A stretch of 63,853 bases of DNA, the filler included, from Chrysochromulina tobinii (lineage: Eukaryota): the NCBI GenBank assembly GCA_001275005.1. It is 6 parts of 6 records of this genome, joined end to end, with 100 filler letters (N's around TTAATTAATTAA, not from the genome) between each part and the next. Parts side by side here need not be neighbours in the genome. Positions count along the whole stretch, not along the records: positions 1 to 27,249 come from JWZX01000811.1; 5 more parts are not named here. One strand, given 5' to 3'. The translations under genes and the position numbers were made by a program. Shown here piece by piece: positions 8,582 through 18,999 of the stretch (its first letter is position 1; every line of letters begins with the position of its first letter). Under the pieces are notes generated by a model that made no database searches, was not told the DNA's origin, and saw only the letters and a program-made list of their open reading frames with translations.

Positions 8582-11500
8582 CTACAAATGCCCCTCCATT
8601 CGTGCAAGCAGATCTGACTGCGAGCGGGGGCTGAGCGGCGGCGCCATCATCGTCGCTTGCCGCCGTGGCGAGGCGGCCGAGACGGCGCGCGAGGTCGGCG
8701 CGCCGTCTCGAGCGCGGGGTTCGGAGCGCGGGGCTGCTCCGAGCGGCACGCTCGCGCGCGCACCTCGCGCCGTCTGCGCCCGAGGCTGTGAAGGGACCCC
8801 TTGGAGGGCGTAAGCTCCCTTCACAGCCTCGTAAGTTCCCTTCACAGCCTCTCTTGCCGCGCTGGACTCGAGCTGGGCATCGTGCTGGGCATCCCGCTGG
8901 GCGTCTCCGTTGTGCTCCGGGTGCCACGTGTGTTCCTGCTGCCATGCGACCTCCTCGTCCGCACTCCACCTGCCTCCACGAGCGGCGGCGAGCCTCCGAT
9001 GGATCGCGCCGACAGCCTCGGCGAGTGCGGGCAGCACGCCCGAGTGACGGTGTGCCTGATCGAGCGCCTGTGTGCGCGCACGCTGCGCGGCCGCGAGCGT
9101 CGCCGCGTCCTGCGCGAGGCACTCAACCGTGTCGAGCTGCTCCAGCACCCGTGCTAGCGAGCAGAGCTTTGGGGCCGCAGCAGGCCGTGCGAAGGCTTCC
9201 AACAATCGGCCCGCGGGGCCCTCCATGAGTCGGTCGCCAACAGCTTGCGGCACGAATGCGGCGCGCCGGGCGAACGTGGAGCTGTTCGGCCCGAGGACCG
9301 GCCGGCGTGGCGCGAGTGGCGCGGCTCGCGCCCCTCGGGCCGAGCTGGCTCTCATTGTAACGGCTGTGGACGCGGGCTCGTCATGCTGTGCGGCACGCAT
9401 CGCGTTGAGCGGTTGCGGTGCGCTCAGCGCCGCCGCCTCTGCAGAAAGTTCGAGTCGAGCTGTCCTCAAGTCGAGTCGACCCGAGAGGCGACCCCCAGAG
9501 CTCAACGCGCGCGCGTCCACGGAGCTCAACGCGCGCGCGTGGGGCACCTGTGGGGAGCCCGCTGGCGCGGACCAACGAGCTGTCCACACGTCCACAGGCT
9601 CCTTGTGGTTACGACCTCCACTCGCCGCCTGAGCCATCGGCACGACGTGAGTGGGCTGGTGCATCCGGAGCGCGGCGAAATTGTTCTGAGGCCAGCGCGG
9701 CGCGGGGGCCTCTGCCCGGTCGGCGGCGGCGGCGGCGGGGGCGGCGGCGGCGGCGGCGCGGCGGCGGGCGGCGAGATTCGACTTTGGATGCAGTGGCAGG
9801 CCCGCCGCTTTGCGCATGGCCAGCACCTCGGCGTACGCCGCGTCGGATGCATACCACACCTCAAGGAGGCTCTCCTGTGGGGAGGATAGGGCGCCGTGGT
9901 GAGCACATGCATGCACTCGGCCTGCTCGGGTTCGAGCGCCTCAAGCAGGCTCTCCAAGGCGCCGTAGTGAGCACATGCATGCACTCGGCCTGCTCGGGTT
10001 CGAGCGCCTCAAGCGGGCTCTCCTGGCGCTGTGCCTCCGCCCGGGCTCGCAAGATCGCCGCGGCAGCCTCGGCGGGCACACCCATCCATAACTTCTTGGC
10101 GGGCTCCGCCGCCGGCGCCGGCGCGGCGCCCGGCACGGCCCCCAGGCCCATCAGCATCGCCCCGCCCCGGTGGCCAAAGAGTATCTCGTCCGTTGTCGCA
10201 CGGGTCGCGGAAGAGGCGTCGTCCGGAGCGCCACCGAGGTCGGTCGGGATGGGCGGCGGCGGCGACTCCTCAGCGTCGCTCACGACCACCGCGGTGCCAT
10301 CCTCGTTGATCACCCCCTCCCCCACCGCCTGCCCCGCAAGCGAAGTCCGCAGCGCCGCGGTAGAGCGGCTAGGGAGCGAACGGAGCGCATGTCTATCACG
10401 TGCCCGCTCGAGCTGACCGACTACGTCCGACGGTAACGGCTTCTCGCGCCCACTGAGCGGGTGGCGCGCCGGCCGTGCAGCGAGTGCCTGCTCGGCCGCA
10501 TCGGCGGTGCGCGCGGCCGCCCTATGCCGCTGCTGCTGCGAGGAGAGCTGCGGCTGCTGCAGATCCCATGAGGAGATCCCCCGGAGCGCGCATCCGGATC
10601 TGCTGGCGCCGATCGCGCCGCTGGCGCCGCCTGCGGCGAGGCTTCCCTCGGCGAGGCTTCCAGGAGAGACCTCCTCAAGACTACGCAGCAGTTGCTGCCG
10701 ATGCCCGTACGCGAGGAGGAGGGTCTTGATGTTCTCACCTGATGAGGGAGGCAATCAGAGGTCAGTCGAGGCAATCAGAGGCCATTAGAGATGTCCAAAC
10801 ACGAGGAGGGTCTGGTTGATCTCACCTGATGAGGGAGGCAATCAGAGGTCATCTGAGATGTTCTCACCGAGGGAGCCGCTGCCGATCTCGTCAGCCTCGC
10901 CGCCGGTGCCAGTGGCCGTAAACGCCGTGAGGGCTTCAAGGAACTCAGCCCACTCGACTTGGCCGGAGCGATCGTGGTCCATTCGCGCAAAGAGCGCAGC
11001 AGAGAGCGCCTCGTCAGCAAAGAGCGCCGTCTCGAGCATCGCCGTACGCAGCTGGGCCAGCGAGATCACGCCCGTCCCTTGCGTATCGATGCCCTCGAAG
11101 CACTCACGCAGCTCTGCCACGATCGTGTCGCCGGCGAGCTGCTGTCCGGGCAGCTGGTACGCGCGCCGTCGGAGCCATGTGGCGACCGCGTGCGTGTTCA
11201 CCACCTTCTTCTCGACGACGACGGCGCGAGGCTTGGACACGTCCAGCGCGAACACCATGAGCAGGCGAGCAGGCGCCGCCGCGGGCGTGCCACCCCCGCT
11301 GCCACCCAGATGCAGCACAGCACGACGGCCCACGAAGTTGTACGTCGTCTTGCAGGCTTGGTAGACGGTGGGATCGGCGAGTATGGGACTTCGGCCCGCG
11401 TCCGCGGCGAGCGCCAGCTGCATCGAGAGCGCCACCGGGAGTCCGATCGTGACGGTCTCGAGCGACTCGTCGGAGGAGAGGCAGCCGAGGCACACGAGCC

Positions 11501-13136
11501 CGCTAGAGAGTCCAATGGTGCATTGCCGATGGCCCTCATTCGAGAGGCGCGCGCTCAGAGCGAGCGCTGCGGCGACGGCGCGGCGCGCGGCGACGGCGGA
11601 CGTGAGCGGCTCGGGTGGCAGACCGAAGGCACAGAGGGCAAAGCCGCCCTCGCCCGTCTGCACAAAGTGGCGGAAGGCGCCCTGCTTCTCGAGGACCACT
11701 TGCTGCACCAGAGCGACCGCCTGCTGAGTCGCGATCACGTCGGCTGCGCTCACGAGCTGCGTGCTCGGGAAGCGCACAGCGAGCATCACGACGTCGGCAG
11801 CGGCCCGATAGGAGCGCGCGCGAGCCACACCTTCCGCCTGCACGAGCGCGCGCTCGAGGGGCGGTAGGTACGGCGCGATGTACTCGTGCATGTCGATGGA
11901 GCCGGAGAAGTCCGCATCGAGGGCGTCGAAGCGAGCTCTGAGCTCAGCCTCGGAGATCTCGCCGAGCTCGCGCTCGCGCACGAACGCACAGAATTCGGCG
12001 TAGTCGAGCTTGCCGTCGTTGTTGATGTCGGCGAGGGGCGCCACCTGCTGGCGCAGAGCACGCAGGGCGGCGTGGCTCGCGGCCACGTCGATGCCGGCGG
12101 CGGACGCGTCGACGGCTCGGAGCAGCAGCACAGACGACGGCATGGTACGTCGAGTGGTTTCATACGAGAGGCGGAGCGAATCCGAGCACAGAGTCAGCAC
12201 ATCCTGCGACGCGAGCGTGTCGCCCGGACGGGCATACCGGTGCACGTTGCGCGCCGTCTCGGCGAGCGGCTCGCCCCACACGATCGCCTCCCAGCGCGTC
12301 GTCGGCGCCCCCACGTGCAGAAGGTACAGGTCGCCCACGCCCACGCCCGCCGCGAGCGCAAGCCGATGGCGCGGGCGCGCCGGCACGCCCTTGACGAGCT
12401 GAGCACCGCACGCGTCGAGCACCTTCGAGTCCGCCCCGTCTGGCACCCATAGCAGGCCGCCCTGGTTGAGCATCGGGCAGCCGCGCGCCTGCCTACAGAT
12501 GTCGCGCAGCCGCTCGCGTGTCATGTCGGCCTTCTGGACCGCCGCCTCGCACTCCTCTCGATCTTGGCGCTCCAAGGTGGCCTTCGCTGCTTCGCCGTCG
12601 CCGCCACTCGGTCCGCCACTGCCGTCGATGCCGGCCTCGGTGAGCGACAGGCCGTTGAGCGTTCGCTGCAGCTCAAGCGCGCAACGGCTGGCGCTAATCG
12701 TCGCACTGGGCGCACTTGCATGCCGCTCTGGCCCGGTGCGCGGAGTGAACCGCCATACGGCGACCATGCAGCTTCCGGTGAACTTGACGACGTCGCCGCC
12801 GTGGGCATGGACGGTCGAGACGAGGCGGCTAAACGCGGCGGCCAAGTTGTTGAGGACCTTGGCACGCTGCTGCTCGGCCAACTGCAGCTCGACGGCGCTG
12901 CAGTCTGCCTCGCCATGCGGCAGCGTCTCTGAGAGACGATCTAACCCACCAATGTCCATGAACAGAAATGCACCGCTGAGCGACTCTTTGCCGTCGTGCG
13001 AGCTGCGCGGACCTCTCGAGAGGCACTCGAGGACGGCCTTCGGCAAGAAGGCGATCAAGTCAGACATCGTAAGCTGTTCGCGGGAGTGTGAACGGCCATG
13101 GGAGAGTGAACTGGTGACGAGGAGAGTAAAAGCCAT
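8582..13136 (-). CDS. Soluble adenylyl cyclase-like (two class III cyclase domains, degenerate) with two EF-hand pairs and a low-complexity tail; exons ~13136-10868, 10738-9990, 9874-8582
   Basis: C1: [37 protein letters not shown] loops [49 protein letters not shown]2: [19 protein letters not shown]. Inferred introns 10739-10867 and 9875-9989 join three ORFs in frame. The start may be the ATG at 13067. Confidence 0.78.
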
Positions 13137-13253
13137 GGGAGAGCTGCAAGACTCCTCGTCACCAGGGAAGACAGCGTAGCAGCAATTTCACAGCCTGAAA
13201 TTCTTTTCACACGTGGGCGCGGGCGCGTGCGTCGCAATTCTCGCAGTACGAGG

Positions 13254-15279
13254 ATGGATATGGCGAAGACCTTACATCTCTACTTATTGGCAGCCCTCGT
13301 GCCATTCGTGACAGCATTCGAAGCACCGTGCATACGCTGCACCGGGGCGTCGCGCACTGCCGTGCCGCAGCTCATTCTCACTCTCAAGGAGGAGGTCGAC
13401 CGCCGGCGCAACCTGGCCATCATCTCTCACCCCGATGCGGGCAAGACGACGCTCACAGAGAAGCTGCTGCTGTACGGTGGCGCGATCCAATCCGCAGGCG
13501 CGGTCAAGGCTAAGGGGGAGCAGCGCCGTGCCACTTCCGACTTCATGGCCATCGAGCAGGAGCGTGGCATCTCGATCTCGACGTCCGTGCTGACTTACGA
13601 GTACTCTGGAAAGCACGTGTCTATCCTCGACACGCCGGGGCACCAGGACTTTTCTGAGGACACATATCGCACGCTCGCGGCCGCCGACAATGCAGTCATG
13701 CTCATCGATGCCGCCAAGGGCCTCGAGCCGCAGACGCGCAAGCTCTTCGAGGTGGCGCGGCTCCGTCGGCTGCCGCTCTTCACCTTTGTCAACAAGCTCG
13801 ATCGCCCCGCGCGCACCCCGTACGACATCTGCGGCGAGATCGAGGCCGAGTTCGGCATCACGTGCTGCCCGGTGGTCTGGCCCATTGGGAGCGGCGACCG
13901 CTTCCGCGGCGTTCTCGACCGGCGCTCGAAGAAGGTCATGCTCTTCGAGCGTGGTGAGCGCGGCAAGGAGGCTGTGATCACCAATATGATGTCGGTGGAC
14001 GACCCGGCGCTCCTCGATGCACTCGGCGACGTGGAGCTGTATGAGAGGCTGCTCGAGGACGTCGAGCTGCTCGACGAGCTCATGGAGCCGCTCGACATGG
14101 CCAAAGTCTTCAAGGGCGAGCAGACGCCCATCTTTTTCGGCTCGGCGATGGTGCGCGCCTGTGCCCGAAGTACCGCCCCATCGAGCAGCCGCCTCGCAGC
14201 CTGCCGCCTCGCAGCCTGCCGCCTCGCAGCCTGCCGCCTCGCAGCTTGCCGCCTCGCAGCCTACCGCCTCGCAGCCTGCCGCCTCGCGTGACCCTCTTGC
14301 CCAGTGCTGACGCTACCTGGGCTCATCGCAGACCAACTTCGGCGTCCAGCACTTCCTCGATAGCTTCATGGAGCTGGGCGCGCCGCCGCTCGCACGCGCG
14401 CTCGACGTGAGCGGCGCGACCGCAGAGGGCCGGGCGAGCGGTGCCGACTTCCAGAGCGGCGCCATTGCCGACGACGCCGAGGTCGTCGACCCACGCAGTG
14501 ACGAATTCTCCGGCTTCGTGTTCAAGCTGCAGGCGAATCTGGACCCAAAACATCGAGACCGGATGGCCTACGTGCGCGTGTGCTCGGGCACGTTCCACAA
14601 GGGCCTCAAAGTGAAGCACGCGCGGCTCAAGGGCACTGAGATCACGCTCTCATCGGCCACCGCGATGCTCGGCAATGAGCGCAAGCCGTTTGACGACGAG
14701 ATGATCGCGTTCCCGGGCGACATCATCGGGCTCAACAACCCGTCAGGCACGCTCTCGATTGGCGACACCCTCTACACGGGTGGGAAGCGCATCTCTTTCG
14801 CCAAGATCCCCTCCTTCTCGCCCGAGGTCTTCGCGCGCTGCCTGTGTCCCTCTCCCTCCAAGGCGAAGTCGTTCAACAAGGGGCTCGATCAGCTGATCGC
14901 CGAGGGCGCCGTGCAGCTGCTGCGCGAGCGCGGCGAGGAGGCGGGCGGCGGCGTGCCCATCCTCGCGGCCGTTGGCCCACTGCAACTCGAGGTCGTCCAG
15001 AGCCGCATGCAGACCGAGTATGACGTCGACGTCAAGTTCGAGCCGATCTCGTACACGAGCGCGCGCTGGGCGCTCGCAGGGTGGGACGCGGTGGACGAGG
15101 CGGTGGAGGCCAACAAGCTGCTCAACATTCGCAAGCTGAGCGACGTGTACGGCCGGCCGGTGCTGCTCTTCCCTTCCGAGTGGCGGCTCAATTCGGTCGT
15201 GGGCGAGCTGAGCGACAAACTCGGGCTGCGACCGCACGCGCTGGCGCCCGACGTGGAAGAGCGGCGGAGGAAGAAGTGA
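13254..15279 (+). CDS. prfC: Peptide chain release factor 3 (bacterial-type, probably plastid-targeted); exons 13254-14150 and 14332-15279
   Basis: [57 protein letters not shown]. The GT-AG intron 14151-14331 gives [25 protein letters not shown]. Signal peptide ends VTA-F. Confidence 0.95.
14185..14287. repeat. 15-bp intronic minisatellite (GCAGCCTGCCGCCTC), about 6-7 copies
   Basis: Directly visible inside the prfC intron. Confidence 0.9.
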
Positions 15280-15620
15280 GTTGTAGAAGTGAGATGAGTG
15301 CGCGGTGCGACTACGATAGGCGGTTGCGTGGAGCCGCGTGCATGTACGTTGATCAAAAGTTTTCGTTATCGTTGCTTGGCATCCAGATCCACCACACCGC
15401 ACACGAGTGATGAGATCCACGTCTCCTGTTGTCGATTAACTTACGCACGCGAACAGCACACCGCAACACCCGCTCCGCAACGCCGATTGCACTCGTACTC
15501 GGAGCCGAGCGCGGGTTGCGCGCTCGCGGTAATGCTACACACACGAGGGCCGGTACGGGCTCTCCAGCCGTTCTGCGCCCTGTGGGCTGTGGCTCACACG
15601 CGTTTAGAAACGCGTCCTGC

Positions 15621-16250
15621 TCACTCGACCACGCAGGACGCCTTGGCGGGGGCCTCGACGACGGGCTCCTTGGGCTCGGTCTCGACGCCCTCCTTGGCCT
15701 CGTTGACGTCGGCGTCCTTGGCGGGGGCCTCGACCTCAGGCTCCTTGGGCTCGGTCTCGACGCCCTCCTTGACCTCGTTGAGCACGTCGGCGTGCTCCTT
15801 GGCAGGGGCCTCGACCGCGGGCTCCTTGGGCTCGGTCTCGACGCCCTCCTTGACATCGTTGACGTCGGCGTCCTTGGCGGGGGCCTCGACCTCAGGCTCC
15901 TTGGGCTCGGTCTCCACACCCTCCTTGACCTCGTTGACCTCAGCGTCCTTGGCGGGCGCCTCGACGGGCTCCTTGGGCTCGGCCTCGGCTTCGACACCCT
16001 CCTTTGCCTCGTTGATGTCGGCGTCCTTCATGTCGGTGTCGGTGGACGCGGGCACCTCCTTCTTCTGCTCCTCATGGTCCTCGGCCGCCTCCTTCGCCTT
16101 CTTCTCTGGCGACGCCTTCTTCTCCTCGCCCTCGAGCACCTCGTCGGGAGCGGCACGCTTCTTGGGCTCCTCAACCTTGCCAGGCGACGGCGCGTTGGTG
16201 TCCTTGATGTTCTTGAGCGCGTCAGCGGGCATCTTGACCATGGTCGCCAT
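15621..16250 (-). CDS. Acidic Glu/Lys/Pro-rich tandem-repeat protein (~25-aa units) ending in CVVE
   Basis: ATG at 16250, 209 aa. About five units of DADVNEVKEGVETEPKEPxVEAPAK with synonymous-position variation between copies. Confidence 0.8.
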   Translation of the reverse strand: MATMVKMPADALKNIKDTNAPSPGKVEEPKKRAAPDEVLEGEEKKASPEKKAKEAAEDHEEQKKEVPASTDTDMKDADINEAKEGVEAEAEPKEPVEAPAKDAEVNEVKEGVETEPKEPEVEAPAKDADVNDVKEGVETEPKEPAVEAPAKEHADVLNEVKEGVETEPKEPEVEAPAKDADVNEAKEGVETEPKEPVVEAPAKASCVVE

Positions 16251-16671
16251 GATTACTGCGCGCGACGACGAGGGCCGCGCGGAGGTCAGCACTGGTGAGC
16301 GCGCGCTCGAACTGGGCGGTGCGCGCGCGAGCATGGGCGCGGAACGGATGCGCACGGAAGCGGGAGATTCGGCCGATCGTGCGGGCACGGTGTGCTTGGG
16401 AGGTGGAGGCGGGCGGGCGCGTGCGCGCGGGGGTGCATGTGCCGTCCCATGACCGCGGGCGCTGCGGTGCGTGCCTTGTGATGGGAGGTCCTGAGACTGA
16501 TATCGAGTTCGCGCTTTCTGAATGACACAGATTCTGAGAGAATCTTGTTCGAAGAGCTCAGCATGCGGATGACCCTCACGAAAGGGAGCGCAATGCTTCC
16601 GTTCGCACCCCCCAGCCCAAACAACTTCTCTGTTCACCTTGTGAACTCTCACCCATAGCGTGTGAATTTTC

Positions 16672-17955
16672 ATGTCGTGTTCCGATGCGAACTCGACGGC
16701 CACGCCCTTGCCGGAGGACAGGCGCTCGGCGCTCGTGTGCGGCTCGGAATGGCAGGATGCATACGCAACCTTGCACACGACGCTGCTCACGACTCGCTCG
16801 CCGCGCCTGCTCGTCTTCGACGCAGCCGCCAATGGCGGCCTTGCGGATCGGCTGACTGGCCTGATGACTGTGCTTCTGTTCGCGATCCTGACCGACCGCG
16901 CGCTCGCCATTGACTGGCCTGGGTACACGGAGGCGTTTGACACGCCGCAACTCAACGTCGCTGCCGCGCTCAAGCTAGCCAAGCAAGCACCTGCGTCAGA
17001 GGTGCGCCGCATCCGCTGGCTCAATTCCAACCGGCTCACGTTGCGCGAGCAGGTGGAGACGGACCTCGACGCGCTCTGGCCGGAGCGCGTACTCATCTTC
17101 CAGAGCAATCGCGGCTTCTCCCAGGGCCTGCTCAATTCAACGCGCCACGCGCCGGCAGTGGCGGCGCGTCACCTGACGCCAACCACTGCACAGTTCGGCT
17201 GCCTCGTCAACTTCCTCATTCGGCCCACGGAGGCGGCACTGGAGCGCGTCGCACCGCTTCGGGACGCGCTCGCCGTGGCGCGCGCGCGCGCTGCGGTCAC
17301 CATCGGGGTGCATGTGCGCACTGGGGATGCGAGCTTCGACGCCGAGGCGGGCGCAGGCGGCGCAAAGAGCGACGACGAAGCGCGTCGAGGTGCAGAACTG
17401 TACGAGGCGCACGCCTTCATCTTCGAGTACGCGACGCGCCTCGGGAAGCAGCTCACGCACGCACGAGCACGGCCGATGCGCGGCGACGTGCTCGACAGCT
17501 CCGCCGACGCGGACCGCTCTGGTGACGCAGGCGGCAGCGCAGGTGGCAGTGCGGGCGGCGCCGGACCCTACTACGTGCTCCTCGGCGACTCGCCGGCGCT
17601 CCGGAGGCACGCGGCGGCGACGCTCGGCGAGCATTCCGTGCTCTATTGGGGTAACAGCACCGGCGGTGCGACAGTTGGCGTCGGCCACGTAGCAAGGCAA
17701 CCCGGCGACGTGGCGACGCTGCAGAGCGCAGTGGGTGAGCACTGGCTGTACACGGGGTGCGATAGCTTCGTGTTCTCGTCGCACTCGGGCTACCCGCGCA
17801 CCGCGGCTGCGCGCGCGCTGCGCGACGACGCCATTCACACGTGCTTCCACTACGATGGGCCGCTCTTCAACAGTGCGCAGCGCTCGACGGCGCGCGAGTG
17901 CAGCGGCCCTTGGAGTGTGGCCGCGCTGGGCGACCGGCACGCCGCCGGGCTCTGA
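16672..17955 (+). CDS. Fucosyltransferase-like glycosyltransferase (GT-B; alpha-1,2/1,6-FucT, NodZ-like motifs)
   Basis: GGLADRLTGL..FAILTDRALAIDW, IGVHVRTGD (motif I), VLLGDS (motif II), EHWLY..CDSFVFS.HSGY (motif III). Confidence 0.8.
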   Translation: MSCSDANSTATPLPEDRRSALVCGSEWQDAYATLHTTLLTTRSPRLLVFDAAANGGLADRLTGLMTVLLFAILTDRALAIDWPGYTEAFDTPQLNVAAALKLAKQAPASEVRRIRWLNSNRLTLREQVETDLDALWPERVLIFQSNRGFSQGLLNSTRHAPAVAARHLTPTTAQFGCLVNFLIRPTEAALERVAPLRDALAVARARAAVTIGVHVRTGDASFDAEAGAGGAKSDDEARRGAELYEAHAFIFEYATRLGKQLTHARARPMRGDVLDSSADADRSGDAGGSAGGSAGGAGPYYVLLGDSPALRRHAAATLGEHSVLYWGNSTGGATVGVGHVARQPGDVATLQSAVGEHWLYTGCDSFVFSSHSGYPRTAAARALRDDAIHTCFHYDGPLFNSAQRSTARECSGPWSVAALGDRHAAGL

Positions 17956-18153
17956 AGCTGCGAGAGGCTCGCTGGGCGGGTGGATTACACCCCGAGCAAT
18001 ACAGGAAGGTCCGGCAGTTTTATCTCTTAAAACTTTTTCAGGCCTTTTTCCCTGGTGTAACTACGATATTTCGGCGCGCGCGCCGCGCGGCGGCCACTCT
18101 GCGCGCGCCGCGCGGCGGCCACTCTGAGAAGTGAGATCCGGAGAAGTGCTGCG

Positions 18154-18843
18154 TCATGGAGAGCGTCCGCCGAGAATTCGACCGAGATCGCGACCATCTC
18201 TCCGCCTTGGCTCTTCGAACTCATCTCGCGACTCGTCGCCGCCGCCCTCCGCGATGTCGGGTGCCGAGCTGTGCCACGTGTGATCGCAGCTCTCGCACAC
18301 GATCTCGCAGTCGCCGCGGTCGTTGTCGCTGTGCTTATTGCCCCATACCTCATTCTTGCTGCCGTGCCACTCCTTCATGTCCGTGCCGATGTGCCTGAAG
18401 CGCGCGCGCGCGCCTCCGCATTCGGGGCAGCACACGGAGCGCGTATACGACCACATGCGACCACCCGTCGTCGCGAGGCGCAGCACGGCCTTCGAGCGCT
18501 CTGCGGCCTCAGCCTCGCGTTCCCGCTTGACTTGCGTGCTTGCCCAATCAAGCGTGTCCATGGCACAAAGCGCAGCGGGCAGCATGGCGCCGCTCAGCAA
18601 TTCGCGGCGCAGGCTCTGGTTGCGCGTAAGGTTGTACGCGAGGCTGCGCACGCGCTTGGCCATGTTCGGTGCAGCCTCGAGCACCTCGGCGAGCATGGCT
18701 GCAGTGGCCTCGAGGAAAATGTCAGGGTACTCTGCACAATCCGGGTTATCCTTTTTGAGCGCACTGAGGAGGAGAGCCGTCGCCGCAGCGGTGGAAGACG
18801 AGGCGCCATGGCTCGGAGCGAGCCGAGCCTGGGTCGACGCCAT
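18154..18843 (-). CDS. TFIIS-like protein: TFIIS central domain plus atypical C-terminal Zn ribbon
   Basis: RVRSLAYNLTRNQSLRRELLSG..P..LCAM matches the TFIIS_M pattern. CPECG...CESCDHTW Zn ribbon. Confidence 0.78.
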   Translation of the reverse strand: MASTQARLAPSHGASSSTAAATALLLSALKKDNPDCAEYPDIFLEATAAMLAEVLEAAPNMAKRVRSLAYNLTRNQSLRRELLSGAMLPAALCAMDTLDWASTQVKREREAEAAERSKAVLRLATTGGRMWSYTRSVCCPECGGARARFRHIGTDMKEWHGSKNEVWGNKHSDNDRGDCEIVCESCDHTWHSSAPDIAEGGGDESRDEFEEPRRRDGRDLGRILGGRSP

Positions 18844-18892
18844 CGACCAACCTCGACGTGGGAAAAACCGAGCGCCACTCCTACCGATAAAT

Positions 18893-18916
18893 AAACCCTA
18901 ACCCTCCCTAACCCTA
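18893..18916. repeat. Short interstitial telomere-like (CCCTAA) / telo-box motif in a divergent promoter
   Basis: AAACCCTAACCCTCCCTAACCCTA lies between the ATGs at 18843 (-) and 19000 (+). Confidence 0.5.
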
Positions 18917-18999
18917 TGCTTATACGCTTCTAACTTCTCACTGAGCACCGGGAAAGAAGCCGAGCGCTGTGCAGTGCCATCGGCGAAAGGAGGATCGCG

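Noticed and set aside
13254..15279. prfC and beta-lactamase-fold genes as bacterial contamination
   Set aside because: Both contain spliceosomal introns and eukaryotic targeting peptides and are flanked by eukaryotic genes.
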